Source of the DNA: Lama glama
Taxonomy: Eukaryota
Length of the DNA: 64,000 nucleotides
Assembly (NCBI GenBank): GCA_028534125.1
Contig: CM052818.1
Coordinates: forward strand, 10,294,001 to 10,358,000
Reading direction: 5' to 3'
Part shown: positions 1-12,960 of the stretch, piece by piece
How the letters are laid out: each line of letters starts with the position of its first letter
Numbering within the stretch: position 1 is the first letter of the stretch
Position numbers and translations under genes: made by a program
The notes under the pieces: model-generated
The model's database searches: none
Told to the model about the DNA's origin: nothing
The model's input: only the letters and a program-made list of their open reading frames with translations

Positions 1-399
1 CAGAGGTTTTGGGTACCACTGAGGAAGGATGCAGAGAAATGACCGTGTTCACAGCCACTGGAATTCATTCTGGATGCAAACATCCTCCTGGATATACCAG
101 CTATAGGTTTCTTAGTGAGGGTTCTGAGTTCTGTATGCATATGTTGGTTGAATGTCCTCTGGTCTTGATTACTTTAGATGTAATATTATAGGAATTATAA
201 CAGAAATAACAAAATTTCTGTTAACTTTTCTATCACTCTCAGATTCCTTGACAATTAAACAAGGGAGTTCAGACTTCTTACCTTTGCAGCCAATTACAAG
301 TAGGACCCAGATATGTTTAGGCCTGGAAGAGAGCATTAGATTTTTGGACTTAGGAGGCTTATAGACTCTAATTCCATTTGGGCAACCAGTTTTGTGCAA

Positions 400-557
400 T
401 GCAATAATTTTTTTTTCAGTATAAGTATATCCTACATAGTGACTGGGATATGCTCATACCAAACACTTATTTATGGTTTACATGAAACTCAAATTTAACT
501 GTGTATCTTTTTGTTTTGTTTTGTTTTGCTTTTTGTTTTGTTAAATTTGGCAACCCT
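400..557. mobile_element. MER53-like hAT MITE (partial)
   Basis: Internal palindromic core (agtataagtat...atgctcatac), aaatttaactg and terminal tttggcaaccct resemble the MER53 consensus as recalled. Confidence 0.7.
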
Positions 558-894
558 AGAACATAAACACTAGAGAAGTGAGCTTTGAAAAGATTCAAGT
601 TGTATGTGCCTGGTTAGGTTCGTGTTTCAGGTATGTTTGGTTGAGGGAGAGAAGAGAGGATCTAGGGGAAAATTTCTTAGGCAACTGGACAAGTGCATGT
701 TCTAGAAAGAGTCTGACGGGGAGACTAATGGTGAGTATCTACTTGTAAAATAATTTTGGTTATCTCAGGAGAGGTCAGCCTGGGCTTCGTGATCTCCTAC
801 AGAGGAAAATCTCTAGCTGTTCTTGGCACCAGGGCTTTAGGGAGAGGCGTGGTGAAAGAAATTCTAGTGTGTGCTAGGAAAGCTAAGTTCCTTT

Positions 895-990
895 ATTACA
901 GCCAGTCAGCATGACCTTGGGCAGCTCACTTAACATTGGTTTGTCTCACCTTCTGCATCTATCAAATGGGGCTTAATGATAATTATTTTA
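895..990 (+). mobile_element. MIR SINE fragment
   Basis: tgaccttgggcagctcacttaac...catctatcaaatgggg matches the MIR core. Confidence 0.6.
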
Positions 991-1839
991 TTTTCTCCAT
1001 GGGTTGAAACAATGCTCAACCTCTTTGAAACACTATAAATTATTATTCTACTAAAGGAAATGGACACTTTGTCTTGCCAAAATACACTGGAGCTGTATCA
1101 CATAGCTTTGGGAATCCAGGCCTTGGAATCCATGCTTTGGATACTTCTGACAGGGAGCAGCGAATTCGTCTCCCAAACAGACCCTTCTTCTCCTTTCAGC
1201 AAGGAAAGCCCCTTGGATAAGTTCTCAGATGGTACTGGCTTTTCTCTCAATGTTGTTCTGAAGTGGCTACTGTTCCCAGTCCCTCAGTGGGATGCGAAGG
1301 TGTGACTGAAGTGAATGTGCGATATTTATATACAAGCTGGTTCAACTTAGTTGAGACGGAATATCTGGGTAAAAATCAAGAGTAGAAAATGAACATGGAT
1401 TTCTCCACGATGACTTCAGTATCTCTACTCAGGTGAATAAACAGAATGTGTCACATGCATAATAAGACATATAATTCACATTGCACTTGAGAGTTTACAA
1501 CGTGTCTTTTCACATACATTATCTCATCCATGTATATATTATCTCCCTGTGGGCAAAACCAGGCCTTTGGCTTCTCTGTACACGTCTGGGGAGGAGCGCA
1601 GGCTGCAGAGGGGTGACTGAACAACTGGAACCAGTTCCCTCCTTCCCTCCTGCATGCAGGTGTCTTTCAGTATTTGGGTACCACCATCTACTTTGCTTCT
1701 CACTCTGCTCCATTAAAAATGCTCCTTTAGCATATTTATCATTGGCGCTTATGTTGAACTCAGAACTTTCTTATACTGTTTTTCACAGGGCTGTTGTAAG
1801 CGCCACGAGGGGAGGGATTTTTGTATTTTTTTGGTCATT

Positions 1840-2020
1840 GTTTTATTCTCAGTATCAAGAATATTGCATGTAACAGATGCTCAAGAAATATTTATTGAAT
1901 GAATAAGTGAATTGTTCTTCATAGCTTAGTCATATCTTCTCAACTAGATCCTAATATCTATGAGGGTGGGGTCTGTATCTTCATTTCTTTGGTCCTCCCC
2001 TAGTGCACCTGGCGTACTGC
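1840..2020 (+). mobile_element. L2 LINE 3' end fragments
   Basis: gatgctcaagaaatatttattgaatgaat tail, followed by ctagat...atgagggtggggtctgtatc. Confidence 0.55.
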
Positions 2021-2089
2021 TGACCACCTTGAATTTAGAGGTCATTTATATGTAAATGACCCACATGTACACATGGAAATATGTCTTGG

Positions 2090-2370
2090 ATCAGTAGATG
2101 TGGCGACTTTAGGACCTTCACGGGCTGAAGATACCCTTATTTTTGGAAGCCTCACCCCACATTATATTCATCTTTAAAATGCATGTACCTTTCACTATAT
2201 ATGTGTGTGTTTGTGTGTATGTACACACACATAATTTTGCTGTAAAACGTAAAATAAGTTTTGTAATTTGGAGCCAAAACATTTTTTTTCATCTCGAACA
2301 TTTTCTTGGCCTTTGACAAGCCCACAGGCCCACACGGTGCCCAGAGTGCCTGATGCATCTACTGGCTTTG
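2090..2370 (-). mobile_element. hAT-Tip100-type DNA transposon fragment (MER45/MER115-like)
   Basis: Minus-strand end caaagccagtagatgcatcaggcactctgggcac...gaaaatgtt resembles a Tip100-family terminus; left boundary uncertain. Confidence 0.4.
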
Positions 2371-3139
2371 CCTCTGGGTACTTCCAGGACAAGAGTGGCT
2401 GACCTAAAAGGAACAAGAGGATGCATTAAAATCGCCCTTCAGCATCGCAGCGAAACTGTTCTCCATCCACTTTTATCCTGTTCCTGCGCCTTCTCTCCTG
2501 CTCTGCCCCATCTGCCAGACTCCAGGCGTGTGCTGAGAGAGGACGAGCTCTGAGTTTTATGGTATCCATAGTTGTTCCCCAAGTGTAAGCGTCTAATTAG
2601 GCTTGACACTACCGAGGCGTTTCCCTGACATTTATGTCACTGTCTCTCAATCTTTAGCAGCATTCGGTCTTGTGGGAAGCACAACAAACAATGTCAGAAA
2701 CAACATAAAATTCCCCATTAGAGGGGGCCCTCGGAAACCGCGCCGCTGTTTATTAGCCTCACTCAAAGGGAAGGCCGAAGGGTGGGGCCGGCGTGTGGAT
2801 TCCGGGCTTGGAGGAAGAAATAAACCGGCTCATTTAAATTCTTAAGAACTGCATAGGAGGCTGAAGACACAATGAGTATCTAAGAGAAGAAAGGCCATCA
2901 GTTGAACAAACTAATCACATGGTAATCAAAGGGGAGTGATTCGCTGCCTACTGAGAAGTTCCAGCCAGGGAGAGTAAAGACCCTATGGAATGACAGCTTT
3001 CATAAATTATAGATTTTAAAAAATTGCACAGAGGAATATGTAGTAACGTGCGAAATGGACTGAGAAACGAAAAGCGCCCAAAGCATCTGTGCAAGGCCCG
3101 CAGACTGGAATGCCTGATGGCAGGAGGAGCTGTGCGGGC

Positions 3140-3522
3140 TTTTGCGTGAAGCCCCGCCTCCCGCGTAAGCCCCGCCCCACGCAAGCCCCGCCTCATCCGG
3201 CTCTTCCCTCTTGGATCTAGGGATAACCTGTGGTGATTGCTGTCCAGCTTTGGACGCCTGGAAGCTCTCTCTGCTGAAACCCTAGCAAGAAAATAGGTGC
3301 CGGTTCTCCCTCCCCACTGTACACCAAATCCGCAGCTTTATAGACTGGGGATTCTGACCTTCGGCCAGAACACAGGAAGGCTGGGAGAGGCTACATGACT
3401 CGATCTGGCTTGGTGCTGAGGCGATGCCCGACTCCCAGCCACGTGGTCGTCGTGGGCTCCCGCCTTTGCAACCAGCAGCCCTTTCCTCGTACCTTGAGGC
3501 CTCCTCCTGTTCTCAGGTGAGT
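3140..3522 (+). promoter_or_regulatory. CpG-enriched promoter-like element: three GC boxes, E-box, downstream splice donor
   Basis: AAGCCCCGCC at 3149, 3167 and 3183; CCACGTGG at 3439-3446; CAG|GTGAGT at 3514-3522. Confidence 0.5.
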
Positions 3523-3649
3523 GCTAGCCGGAGCCATATGTACTGTTAGCTGATAACCAAAGTGATAACTGGTAAAGCCTTCAAGTGTGCCTGTACTCAG
3601 GAGTCTCTGTCTTTGAAAAGGTGATTTGAGGTGGGAAAATTATGACGAG

Positions 3650-3830
3650 TTACAAGTGTTAGGACTGGGTGCTCTTTCTAGCTGTGCGATCGGGGATAGT
3701 TCCTTCCCCAGATCCGACTGAGGATATGACTCATACCTTCTGAGTTGTGATGGGAGGCTCAAATGAGGTCCTGGATGTAAAGTGCTCAGAACATAGTCCA
3801 GAGCAGAGTAAATGTTCAATAGTATCAGCC
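3650..3830 (+). mobile_element. MIR SINE
   Basis: ctagctgtgcga...tcaaatgag...tgtaaagtgctcagaacatagt...gtaaatgttcaata. Confidence 0.6.
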
Positions 3831-4034
3831 TGTGTTCCTGTGGTCTCCCTGAGCACGTGGCCAATGGTAGAGACAGGCATAGACCGGTTTACCTCTCTTC
3901 CTGACCTCCTAGAGGAGCCGGAGTGGAAAAGGAGGATCCCCCCGTGTGAGTTACTAACATTGCCTCCGAGGAGAGGGAACAATTCTCTTCTCAACATCAG
4001 ATTCACCCCAGTGAGAGAGTGAAAGTTGACTGAA

Positions 4035-4147
4035 AAACTTTTAAAAGTTTATGATGCCTAGGCTCTACTCCTGGTTCACCCCTTCTCCCCTTTTTAACAA
4101 GGTCCTTAGGTGATCCTAATGTTTAGCCAGGGTTTGGAACCTTCTCT
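4035..4147. mobile_element. MER5-like hAT-Charlie MITE fragment
   Basis: tttttaacaagg...aggtgatcctaatg...gtttggaacc matches the MER5 end. Confidence 0.5.
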
Positions 4148-4205
4148 AGTTGAGAGGCAGAGGTAAAGGGAGTGCTTGGGCTGGATATTTGTGTAAAGGA
4201 GCCCT

Positions 4206-4620
4206 GTGTTAGGGTAATTATGATAGCTCTTGTAACAAATGATCTCCAAATCTCAATGGCATACCAACCTTTATTTTTAGCTCATGTCACAGCCCGATGT
4301 AGATTGGTTGTGGGGAGGAGGTCTTTATGATCCATGCTGTCATTCAGGGAACCAAGCTCCTTCCATGTAAAGGCTCAGTCATCTTCAGTGTGCAGCTTCA
4401 AAGCACTCCTGGAGTCATCCAGCTGGCAGACCTGGTAGGAGAGCGTGGGGAAGCTGTGCCTGCTCCTAACTCCTTTAACTAGAGAGACACATCACTTCTG
4501 CTCACACCCCTTGGCAGGAATTGGCCACACATCCCCACTAATGTGCAAGGGGACTGGGACATGTAATTTAGCTGTGAGCCCAGAAGAGAAAACAGGTTTG
4601 ATGAGAACCTAGCCGCCTCT
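4206..4620 (-). mobile_element. MLT1 (ERVL-MaLR) solo LTR, old subfamily (J/K/L-like)
   Basis: Starts tgtgttag...gtaacaaat...aaatctcaatggc; contains catcacttctgctcac...gcaaggggactgggacatgta. Confidence 0.75.
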
Positions 4621-6045
4621 AGAATAGACTGCAAAATGGTATGGGATAGCCTAAAAGCTGGGCCTTAGATTCTTAGCCTGACATCCTTGAATTTCTGAAG
4701 AGCTCATGCACCTCCTGAAATTAGATGCAAAATGTTGTGTGTATGAACTTTTTTGCTTTTATCTTGTTCTCAAAGGCTGAGGGGCTGAAGTCCTGCCCCT
4801 GCTTGGACCAGAGTGATATTATAGTACCTGCTTTCTACATCTAATATTCTTTGAAAAAACGATTGGACTGGGTCAGGATTTCTGTCCCCTTGTCTGAATA
4901 ATGGATAAGAGGTAGAGGTTTGTTGTCACCATGTTCTGTGGCAGCACTGCTATTGAGAGGCTGACAGCATTAGGGAGAGGAGGGTTTATGTGGTTGTGAG
5001 GAATCTGAGAGACAACACTGGGCAGGATAAGGACCCAGCCTTGCCCTTCTAGAATGGAGCCAAGGGTCATCCAGACATTGCCAGTTTTCAGTTCGGGGTG
5101 GGGACAGTGAGAAGAGGGAAGGGGATCAGAGGGAAGGGACTCCCAGATGCCCATCTGAGGCAGCTTCTGTAAGGAATGAAAGGCGACTAGATGAGAAGAT
5201 TGACATTTTGCACCATTGTCTCAATGCTGTGTCTACTTGCAATGGGTTCAGAGTGCCATTGTTTTTTTCTGGTAATGGGCTCTACCTGAAAGCTCTTCCA
5301 GACGCTGAGGGCATAGCTGAGGGGTTACAACGGTTCCATGGCTTAAAAAGAAAAGTTGGGAAACCACTAGTGTAGTCTAACAATGGGCCTTTGTACTCTG
5401 GCCTGACCCTGCCTACCAGAGGGTCTTTTGTTTCCAACAATTCCTGGCACCGGACTTCAGGAGGCCATCAGCCCTGTTTCTCTCTTAAAGTCAGAAATAG
5501 TTGCAGCTGGCATTTTGTTTTCTCCCATCTCCTTAATTCCAGGGAACTGCCCCCACTCTGAGGCCATGGCTGAACAGGAGTGGCCTGCTCTCTCTTCCCC
5601 ATTTGTAAGGCAGGCGGAGACAATGCTCTGGCTGGCCAGCAGCGCCGGCTGTCTGGATGAGTGCGACGCCAGCTGTCAGCCTGGGATGAGGTCAGACAGA
5701 GGCCAGTGTGGTCCCAGGTGGGCAGGGGTCACCCAGGTGACCAGACTGCACTGGAGGCCCAAAGAGTGTGCAGGAGCATGAACTGTTGTTGGCCTCCTCT
5801 GCGGGAGAGGAGCTGCAAGAGCTGATGGGAATGAACTGCACACTCTGGCCAGGGAGCCAGTGTTCCAGATGCCTCCATCCCTTCAGGAAGTGCAGGCTCT
5901 CCACTGAGCTTCTGTGCCTGCAACCCGAACACAGGGGCGTCCAGGCTGTGCTGGCGGGGCAGCCTGTTCCCATTAATAGTTTTATCATGTGCGGGAGTGC
6001 TTTAGGCAGAGGTGTATGTGAGATCAAGCCCTCTCGATGGCTTTG

Positions 6046-6290
6046 GAGGCAGTGAAGTGTAGTATTTAAGGATGAACATTTTGGGGTCAGACAGCCTGTG
6101 TTCAAGTTCTCCTCGACTCGGTAGCTTGGTGACTTTGGGCAAGTGACTCATTTTGTTCATCTGTAAAATAGGTCTAGTAAAAATATGTACTTATTTCACA
6201 GGGTCGGTATTAGTTTGAATGAGTTGATGCAGGTAACACACTTAGAGCAGTGCCTCATAAACAGTTAAGTGGTCGATAAATGTCAGTTTT
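6046..6290 (+). mobile_element. MIR SINE, near full length
   Basis: ggcagtgaagtgtagt...gtcagacagcctgtgttcaag...tgactttgggcaagtgact...catctgtaaaatagg...cagtgcct...ataaatgtcag. Confidence 0.85.
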
Positions 6291-6724
6291 TTATCAATTG
6301 CAAAAAATACACAGCCATAAGCAGATCTCTAGGGGAAAGTGACCTTCCCACCCACCACAATGCAAGGGCTCTGTGAGTGGTATTTATGTCCATCCATCAT
6401 CATCCCTGAGAAGCCTCCTCTGATCACTCAGGACCACAGGGGTTGTCCTTTGTTTTAACTGCCCTGGTGTTTATGTTACTATATCTTCTTATGTAAGTAA
6501 TTTCTTTAGATTTAGGTCCCTGCCTTATTATTACAATTTTTTGAACGAATTCTCCCAGCTACTAATATAGTACATTCTTATTAAATATTCTTTTTGGTAG
6601 GATTATACACTTAAAAAATAAACTTGAACTCTTTATATGAATATCCTTCATGAAAAGAAAAATCTCTAATCTAGGATAAGGTCCCGACAGTTTTGTGCAT
6701 TTTATAAACTCCAGTTTGAAAAAA

Positions 6725-8085
6725 AAAAACACTCTACCAGACCAAAAATATATTGTAAAACTATGGTAATAAAACAGTATGGTCTTAGTTTAGGAAAAAG
6801 ATAGACAAAAAGTAATGGAACAAAACAGAAAGTCCAGATGTACAGCCAGAATTGCAGGAGACTTTATTAAGTTATAAAGGTGGCATTGCAAAGCAATAGG
6901 TAACTGATATATTATTCAATAAATGGTGTTGAGACAGCTGGCAAGTCATTTGGAAAAATAAATAAATTTGGATTCCTAAATGTAAAAAAAAAAGTAAACC
7001 ATAGAACTATAATCACAAAAAAGAGTGAAATTTTTAATGATATTCAAGTAGAGCAGACATTTCTAGGTAAGACATGAAACCATGGAAACTATTAAAAAAC
7101 TGACTAGTTTGATAATATAAAATCTGAAACTTTCATATGGCAGAATATTATAAAAATAGGAAATAAAGCATGGCTAATTGATTGTACATAGCCAAAATAC
7201 CATAAACAAATAAAAAATGACTAATGGGAGAAAATATTTTTATGTTTCCTTAATATGCAAAGAGCTCTTCCAAATCAATAAAAAGACATATACCAATAGG
7301 AAAATAAGCAAAACTCATATATAGATATTTCAAAGAAAAAACATATCAGTGGCCAATAAATATATAAGAGATTATCTCGTAGTTTTTAAAAAGTCCTATA
7401 GGTAGTTTCAAGTTTTACAGTTTCAGGAGTCTCATAGTACCTGTGCTTCCAGGATGTTAGGTAACATACTTCCAAGCAGTGTTGGTGGACATGTTTGTTG
7501 GTACTGTTTTTTAAAAAGAAAGTTTGATGATATCTATCAAAATTCAAAATGTACATTCCTGTTGACATAGACATGCCATTTCTAGTAATTTATCATACAT
7601 ACACTTGTGTATATGTGTGTACATATATATCTCCACACATATGTAAATGAACATTTAATGTGAAATGTTGCATAAAATAGCAAAAATTGGAAACAGCTTA
7701 AATTACCATCAATAGGGGAATGGTTAAATAAATAATGGCACTTTGATAGAACGAAATTCTGTACAGCTGCTAAAGAGAATAAAATATCTCTCTCCTTTTT
7801 TTTAATAGAAACTTGTCCAAAATATATGAAGAGAAAGAAAAAAGTAGTAAAACAGTATATATGATATTATCTCATTTGTATAGAAATTTTTGTATGTAAT
7901 ATATTCTTACATATGTGTAACAGTTTTGGAAGGAGATACATACAAGGCAGAGTGAACAGTGTTTACCTGTGGGAGTAGAACTGAAGAGATGCCAGTGAGG
8001 GAAGAGGGGTACTTTAACTTTATACCTTTCTGCACTCTTTTAGTTTTATTTATAACAAGCTTGTATTACCTTTAAAATAAAAGAT
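6725..8085 (+). mobile_element. Old L1M (L1ME-like) ORF2 3' part and 3' UTR
   Basis: A-rich; aaaacagtatgg, aatggaacaaaacagaaagtccag, ttcaataaatggtgttg, ccatcaataggggaatggttaaataaa. Confidence 0.8.
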
Positions 8086-8099
8086 TATTACTACCTTGC

Positions 8100-9115
8100 A
8101 TATGTGGGGAGACTACTAGTATAAAAATTTAAATTAGTTAATATTAACACTAAATATCACAGTCTAAATAATATTAAATTATACACAGACATCTACAGAT
8201 TATTGTCTTGTTAAGTAAACTGACTTAGAAAGATTTAGAAATCTGTTCCCTCATACCTGAATTGTTAATTTGCAGTTTTTTAATCCTTCTAAATTAGATG
8301 AATAATGGTAAACATTACAGGTTCACAATGACATTAGAGTTTAAACTGCCTTTTTGCAATGTATTTCTTATCCTACCTAAAAAAAGGGTTCTGGTACTTA
8401 TTACAGACATGATCTAAAATAATCTATTCCAAACCCAGTATTCTTTGCCAGTCTAGTTAACTGATGTAGTTGTTCATTGTTCAGTAAGTACAGTTGTTAT
8501 CAGTTGAATTACTGTTTCCAGCTCTTAGGTAGCCCTAAGTGAGATTCTAAAAAGAGTTAAACAATTTGTGACTGCAACAGGCATCATTTTCTTTCTATTC
8601 ATTAATTTTGTGCTTTGAAACATTTTTTCTCATCTTTGTTTTATCTCTTTTCTGCCAAATGCAATAGCTAATAAAAATAAGGATTATAACATTAAAAAGA
8701 ATAAAATTAAGTTAAAAATTTAAAATTAAAAAACCTTATTGAGGTCAGCACAACAGAATATCAATATTCTGGATGGATTTCAGAAAATATTTTAACACTC
8801 ACCGTGTCCAGTTGCACAGGTTGTTGATCCTACAAAGCCACAGAACACCATTCACAGAAATAATCTGTACAGCCATACATACATGCTGTGCATATGTGCT
8901 TTAAAATAGTCTTTGAGATCCATCACTTCATTTTCTTTGACCCACAAGCGTAAAGTCCTTGATCTCTGTGATACTCTCTGGTATGGCAGGCCTAAACAAA
9001 ATAAAAAGCAAAGCTTAGAGTCAATCTGAAAAACCAAATGGCAAATAAACATGACATCATCCCCAAACCAACCCCACAGCATATGTGGATACAAGATGAA
9101 GTTTGAAACGCTGTG
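8100..9115. mobile_element. Possible decayed hAT DNA transposon remnant (unassigned)
   Basis: AT-rich; MER91-like cagttgcacaggttgt...ccattcac at ~8810-8856; hAT-like end aagtttgaaacgctg at ~9100-9113. Confidence 0.3.
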
Positions 9116-10777
9116 GGTACCTATTGCAATGGGTGGGAGTGGAGATGTAGGAAGATAAATGAAGGGAGAATGAAAAGATTAAATGAAGGGACCTTGCATG
9201 GATCAACAGTGATGTGTGCCATGAACTGGGGCATAGAGTAACTCAGCTCTGGGCATCTGTCACTTTATTCATTACCCATCCTAGACTCCAGTTCTACCTG
9301 GCATACCATTTGAAGGAGGTTAGAATTGGCATGGAAGGTCCCTCCCCAGCCCACACTACCCTTCCTTTTCTTAAGCATGCCCTTGCTGAGGGCTGCCCAG
9401 CAGCTGGCTAGAAAACAGTATAATCTGGCCTCCCATTTGTGGCCTCTTTTTCCTTTCATTTCCATTTCAAGTGGCTTCCCCTCTACCTGGCCTTGCCTTT
9501 TCCCAGTGATGGTGTCACACTTTCAGATCTCAAGGAGTGGTGCAGAGCTCCCTCCCTGCTCTCCCTATGCTCTTCCATACCATCTTTGGTCTGCTACTCA
9601 GGAGGCCACCTTGGGTACACTTGACCTTCAGGGCTCATCTCTTGAATCCAAAGACACTCTTCCCTTTCTGGAAGGTCTTCTTTCTTGTTGGAGTGCCATT
9701 GTTGTAAAGCTTACCTTGCAATAGTTGTGGCCAATATGTTGACTTGATTAACAGAGATGCATATGAATATTTAAAAGCAGAATTAACCCAAATGAACTCT
9801 CAGCATTTTAGTCATTTAGATCCTGGCAACTCTATTCTCAATTAGGCTCTGGCATCCTTGGAAGTAACTTGCCTGTGGTAGTGAAACATGTAGTCAGTTA
9901 GTGCCTCTTAATTGCACCCATGATTCAGATGCAAAATGACTCTTGCCATTGGGAAAAGAAATCAGGATGCCGACAGCCTCTGTCCCTTGCTGGGGGAATG
10001 GGTATATTCTCCAAGTTCGCCAGCTATGAAACTATGGTGTGCTTGCCCATCATGATTTTTCTTTATAAGTCTTCAAAGATGAGGGAAGGAGTCAGGAACC
10101 TGAATAAGCAAGATCTGGGACTTTAAGCCAGGTCTGTAATGGGGAAACATTAATATAGTTTCTGGATTAATGCCCTGCTGGTGGTATCTCTAACTATTCA
10201 GTGATAATAGTCCAACTGGAATAATAATAATTAAAAAAAAATCCCATTCGAGCCTCCAAACATCCCATCCTCACCAGAAACTTGGCAGCATCATCCTGGG
10301 TTTTTTTTGGTAGCCCTGTTGACAAGCAGAGGCCTGAACTGTGCGTTTATAAAGCTTCCCTGCCCAAGGTGGGATTCCAGGATGAAGGTGCTCTGTGACA
10401 CTTTTCCCCTCTTGGTTTTATATGCTTGATTTTTGTACACTTATTTTTTCATCTTGTTTTTTCTCTTTCTGAAGGTTTACTTGATGTGCCAACATGGCAG
10501 TAAATGACAGTCTTCTGAAAAAGATTCTTTTGCAGTGGAAGTGGTGGTAAAGGGTAGAAAAAATTGAAAAGGTTTGGGAGCTGGGGCAAATGGGCACTGT
10601 GGAGGCAAGGGTAACTATTTGGCACAGCCTGTCTGTGGGAACCAATGGAGTAGAGGCTTCTCTGGCTCTAGAAGCTTCCACAGGATGTCCTGAGCCTGGG
10701 GTTCCCCTTCTCAACTATTGTGAAGGAACCTGGGGTGGCGACCAAGACCAGGAATACCCACCTTGATCATTCAGTGT

Positions 10778-10870
10778 CTTCTTGCTTTTATCAGGGAGTT
10801 ACTAGATCCATCCTACTATAATGCCTTCTTGCTTTTATCAGGGAGATACTAGATCCATCCTACTATAATG
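10778..10870. repeat. Tandem duplication, 47-bp period, 2 copies
   Basis: cttcttgcttttatcagggagTtactagatccatcctactataatg (10778-10823) repeated at 10825-10870 with one T/A difference. Confidence 0.95.
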
Positions 10871-12099
10871 GAGGTCTTGAGAGTTTATGTGGTTTTTATA
10901 AACGGAGGCATCTGGGGTGCATAAGAAGTGATGTGACCCAGGTTGATATTCCTATTAGTAGTGAGGGAAGAAAGGCACCTAGTGCTAGAACCAGTATGGA
11001 ATTTGGAACTAATTCTTTTAGCTAATTATTTGGCATTGTGTAGTGGACAAGGCATTTGGCCCTCTCTGATTGAGAAGAAGGCAGTAATTTCTGGTAGGTC
11101 CTGATAATATTGCTAGGAAGAGAAGGTGTGGTAATAATTCTGCAGGAGAAACTGAGGGATGGAGGTAAGAAAGAACTCCCATTTGAAATGCACCTAGACA
11201 CCATACCGAGGAAATGAGTGTTTTAAAGGTGGCAACTGGAGCACAAACTATTATACAATGGCTTAGTATTGTGGTCTTAAAAAATAACGATAGAAATATT
11301 TCTTGCCTATACAAATGTTTTCCCAATTGCAAAGATGGTGGTGGGAAAGTGGATGAAATTGGTATTTATTTTTCCTACAGTGCTGGTAAAAAAATAAAAA
11401 AGTAAATAAACTGGGCTTGCAGATAAGGACTTAATTCCAAGGGTATCCTAAGATAACCTCTTTTAAAGGAGTTGAGCTAGGATGGAGGGTCATGATACCC
11501 GGAGACAAGAAGAACAGTAAATCCCAGGGCAGTTTCTTTGTAATTGCGCCCCGTGTCTTTGGCCTTGAAGGGCAGAGACTCAGAATTGGTACAGTGTGAT
11601 GCTTCATCAGTCATAAAGATATAATTACAGTTCTTGTTTGACCAGGATTGTAACAGGAGGCCTGGTTAATATTTGCTGGGATTCTCTCTTGTCGCCCCTC
11701 ACTTTCTCCCCTTCCCGCCCACCTTCCTCTAGCCCCACCCCCATTAAAAGGATGACCAGTTTTGAATTACGGTGATAGCTGCACTCTTGGTTTAGGACTT
11801 ACCTCCCTGAAATTTTCAGGACCACTAATTTGTGGTTACTCCAGTGCTAGAATGAACTTGGCGCTCTGGCCTTTAGACTGGCAATGTAGTAAAAGTTTAA
11901 AGGGAAGACTGCCTCAGAGCCAACAGAAGAGAGGAGATGGAAACCTAAAGGTTATCCTGAAATGCACTTTACTGTTATCTATGAGAACAAATGAGTTAAA
12001 AAAATTTCAAATACCAGAATACCCTACAGGGAGGAGATATAACTATTAAAGGGCTGTTATAGCTGCAATAAATGTAGGAACAATAAAAATAAATTGATG

Positions 12100-12960
12100 A
12101 AGTAAATGTCAGCGCTGTTCCCCTGAGCTGCCCCCACACCTTTGTCCAAAAGTAGAACATCTCCAATTACAGAGGGTGGAAACAGCCTTCAATGACAGTA
12201 TGACAAGGACAGAACACAGAACGCTGGCACAGAGAACACAATTATGCACAGCCTTGAAAAATTGTATCATAGCACAATGCATGGGAGAAATCAATTAATG
12301 ATGCAGGGCTTCCACTGCTGTCTAATAATCCTAGAAAGGGAAGGAGGGGGAAAAAAAGTCCCGTATGCCCAGTGCATCAAAAAGGTGACCCTTAAGTGGA
12401 AGTCTACATAATACCAGAGGTCAGTCTTCAGAGTTTAAAGCATCTGAAATACTCTTTTTTTTTTCTTCTTATTTTTTTCACCTTAAAAAAAAATCTAACA
12501 GTCTTAAGGAGGCATTTAAGTAAAAGTCACTTCTCTGGTTAAATAGCCTTGCAAAAGAGTTCTTTGGCGGAAAGGGCAGGGATGAGCAAAGCGCGTGGCT
12601 GTCGTCACGAGCCCACCAGCTGAAAGGGAAAAGGCAAAAGTTAGGCATAAACACGGTGGAAGGTAGAAGGTGATTTATCTTGTGCAATTTACAACAGGTG
12701 CTAAACATTACGAAAACCAGAGCTATTAAGCAATCAAATTAAGCTATAATTATAACTGAAGAAAACTGTACAGGAATTCTAATTAATTCAAATCTGAACA
12801 TGTCCAAGAGGAATGCTCCAGCAACCCCACTTCTGAATAAAACAAAACAAAAATAACCCTTGGATAATGCCTTCAGATTGCACAGGAAATTAAGAAATAC
12901 TTCTCAGCCGGAATATTCCAGGCATTCCTCATTAAATGGTGAGAGAAATTACCTGCAATG
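12100..12960. promoter_or_regulatory. Putative conserved non-coding enhancer block
   Basis: No recognisable repeat; TGACAG 12193, TCAATTAATG 12291, CAGCTG 12617, TGATTTAT 12671, CAGGTG 12695, TAATTAATT 12780; retained CpGs. Confidence 0.45.

Noticed and set aside
6046..6110. tRNA-like A/B box pattern
   Set aside because: It is the tRNA-derived head of a MIR SINE, not a tRNA gene.
10778..10870. Direct repeats as a CRISPR-like array (also 56599 and 59017)
   Set aside because: Only two abutting copies with no unique spacers, in a eukaryotic context.
10700..11280. Purine-rich stretch resembling ERV internal sequence
   Set aside because: I could not tie it to any family or to a gag/pol peptide with confidence.
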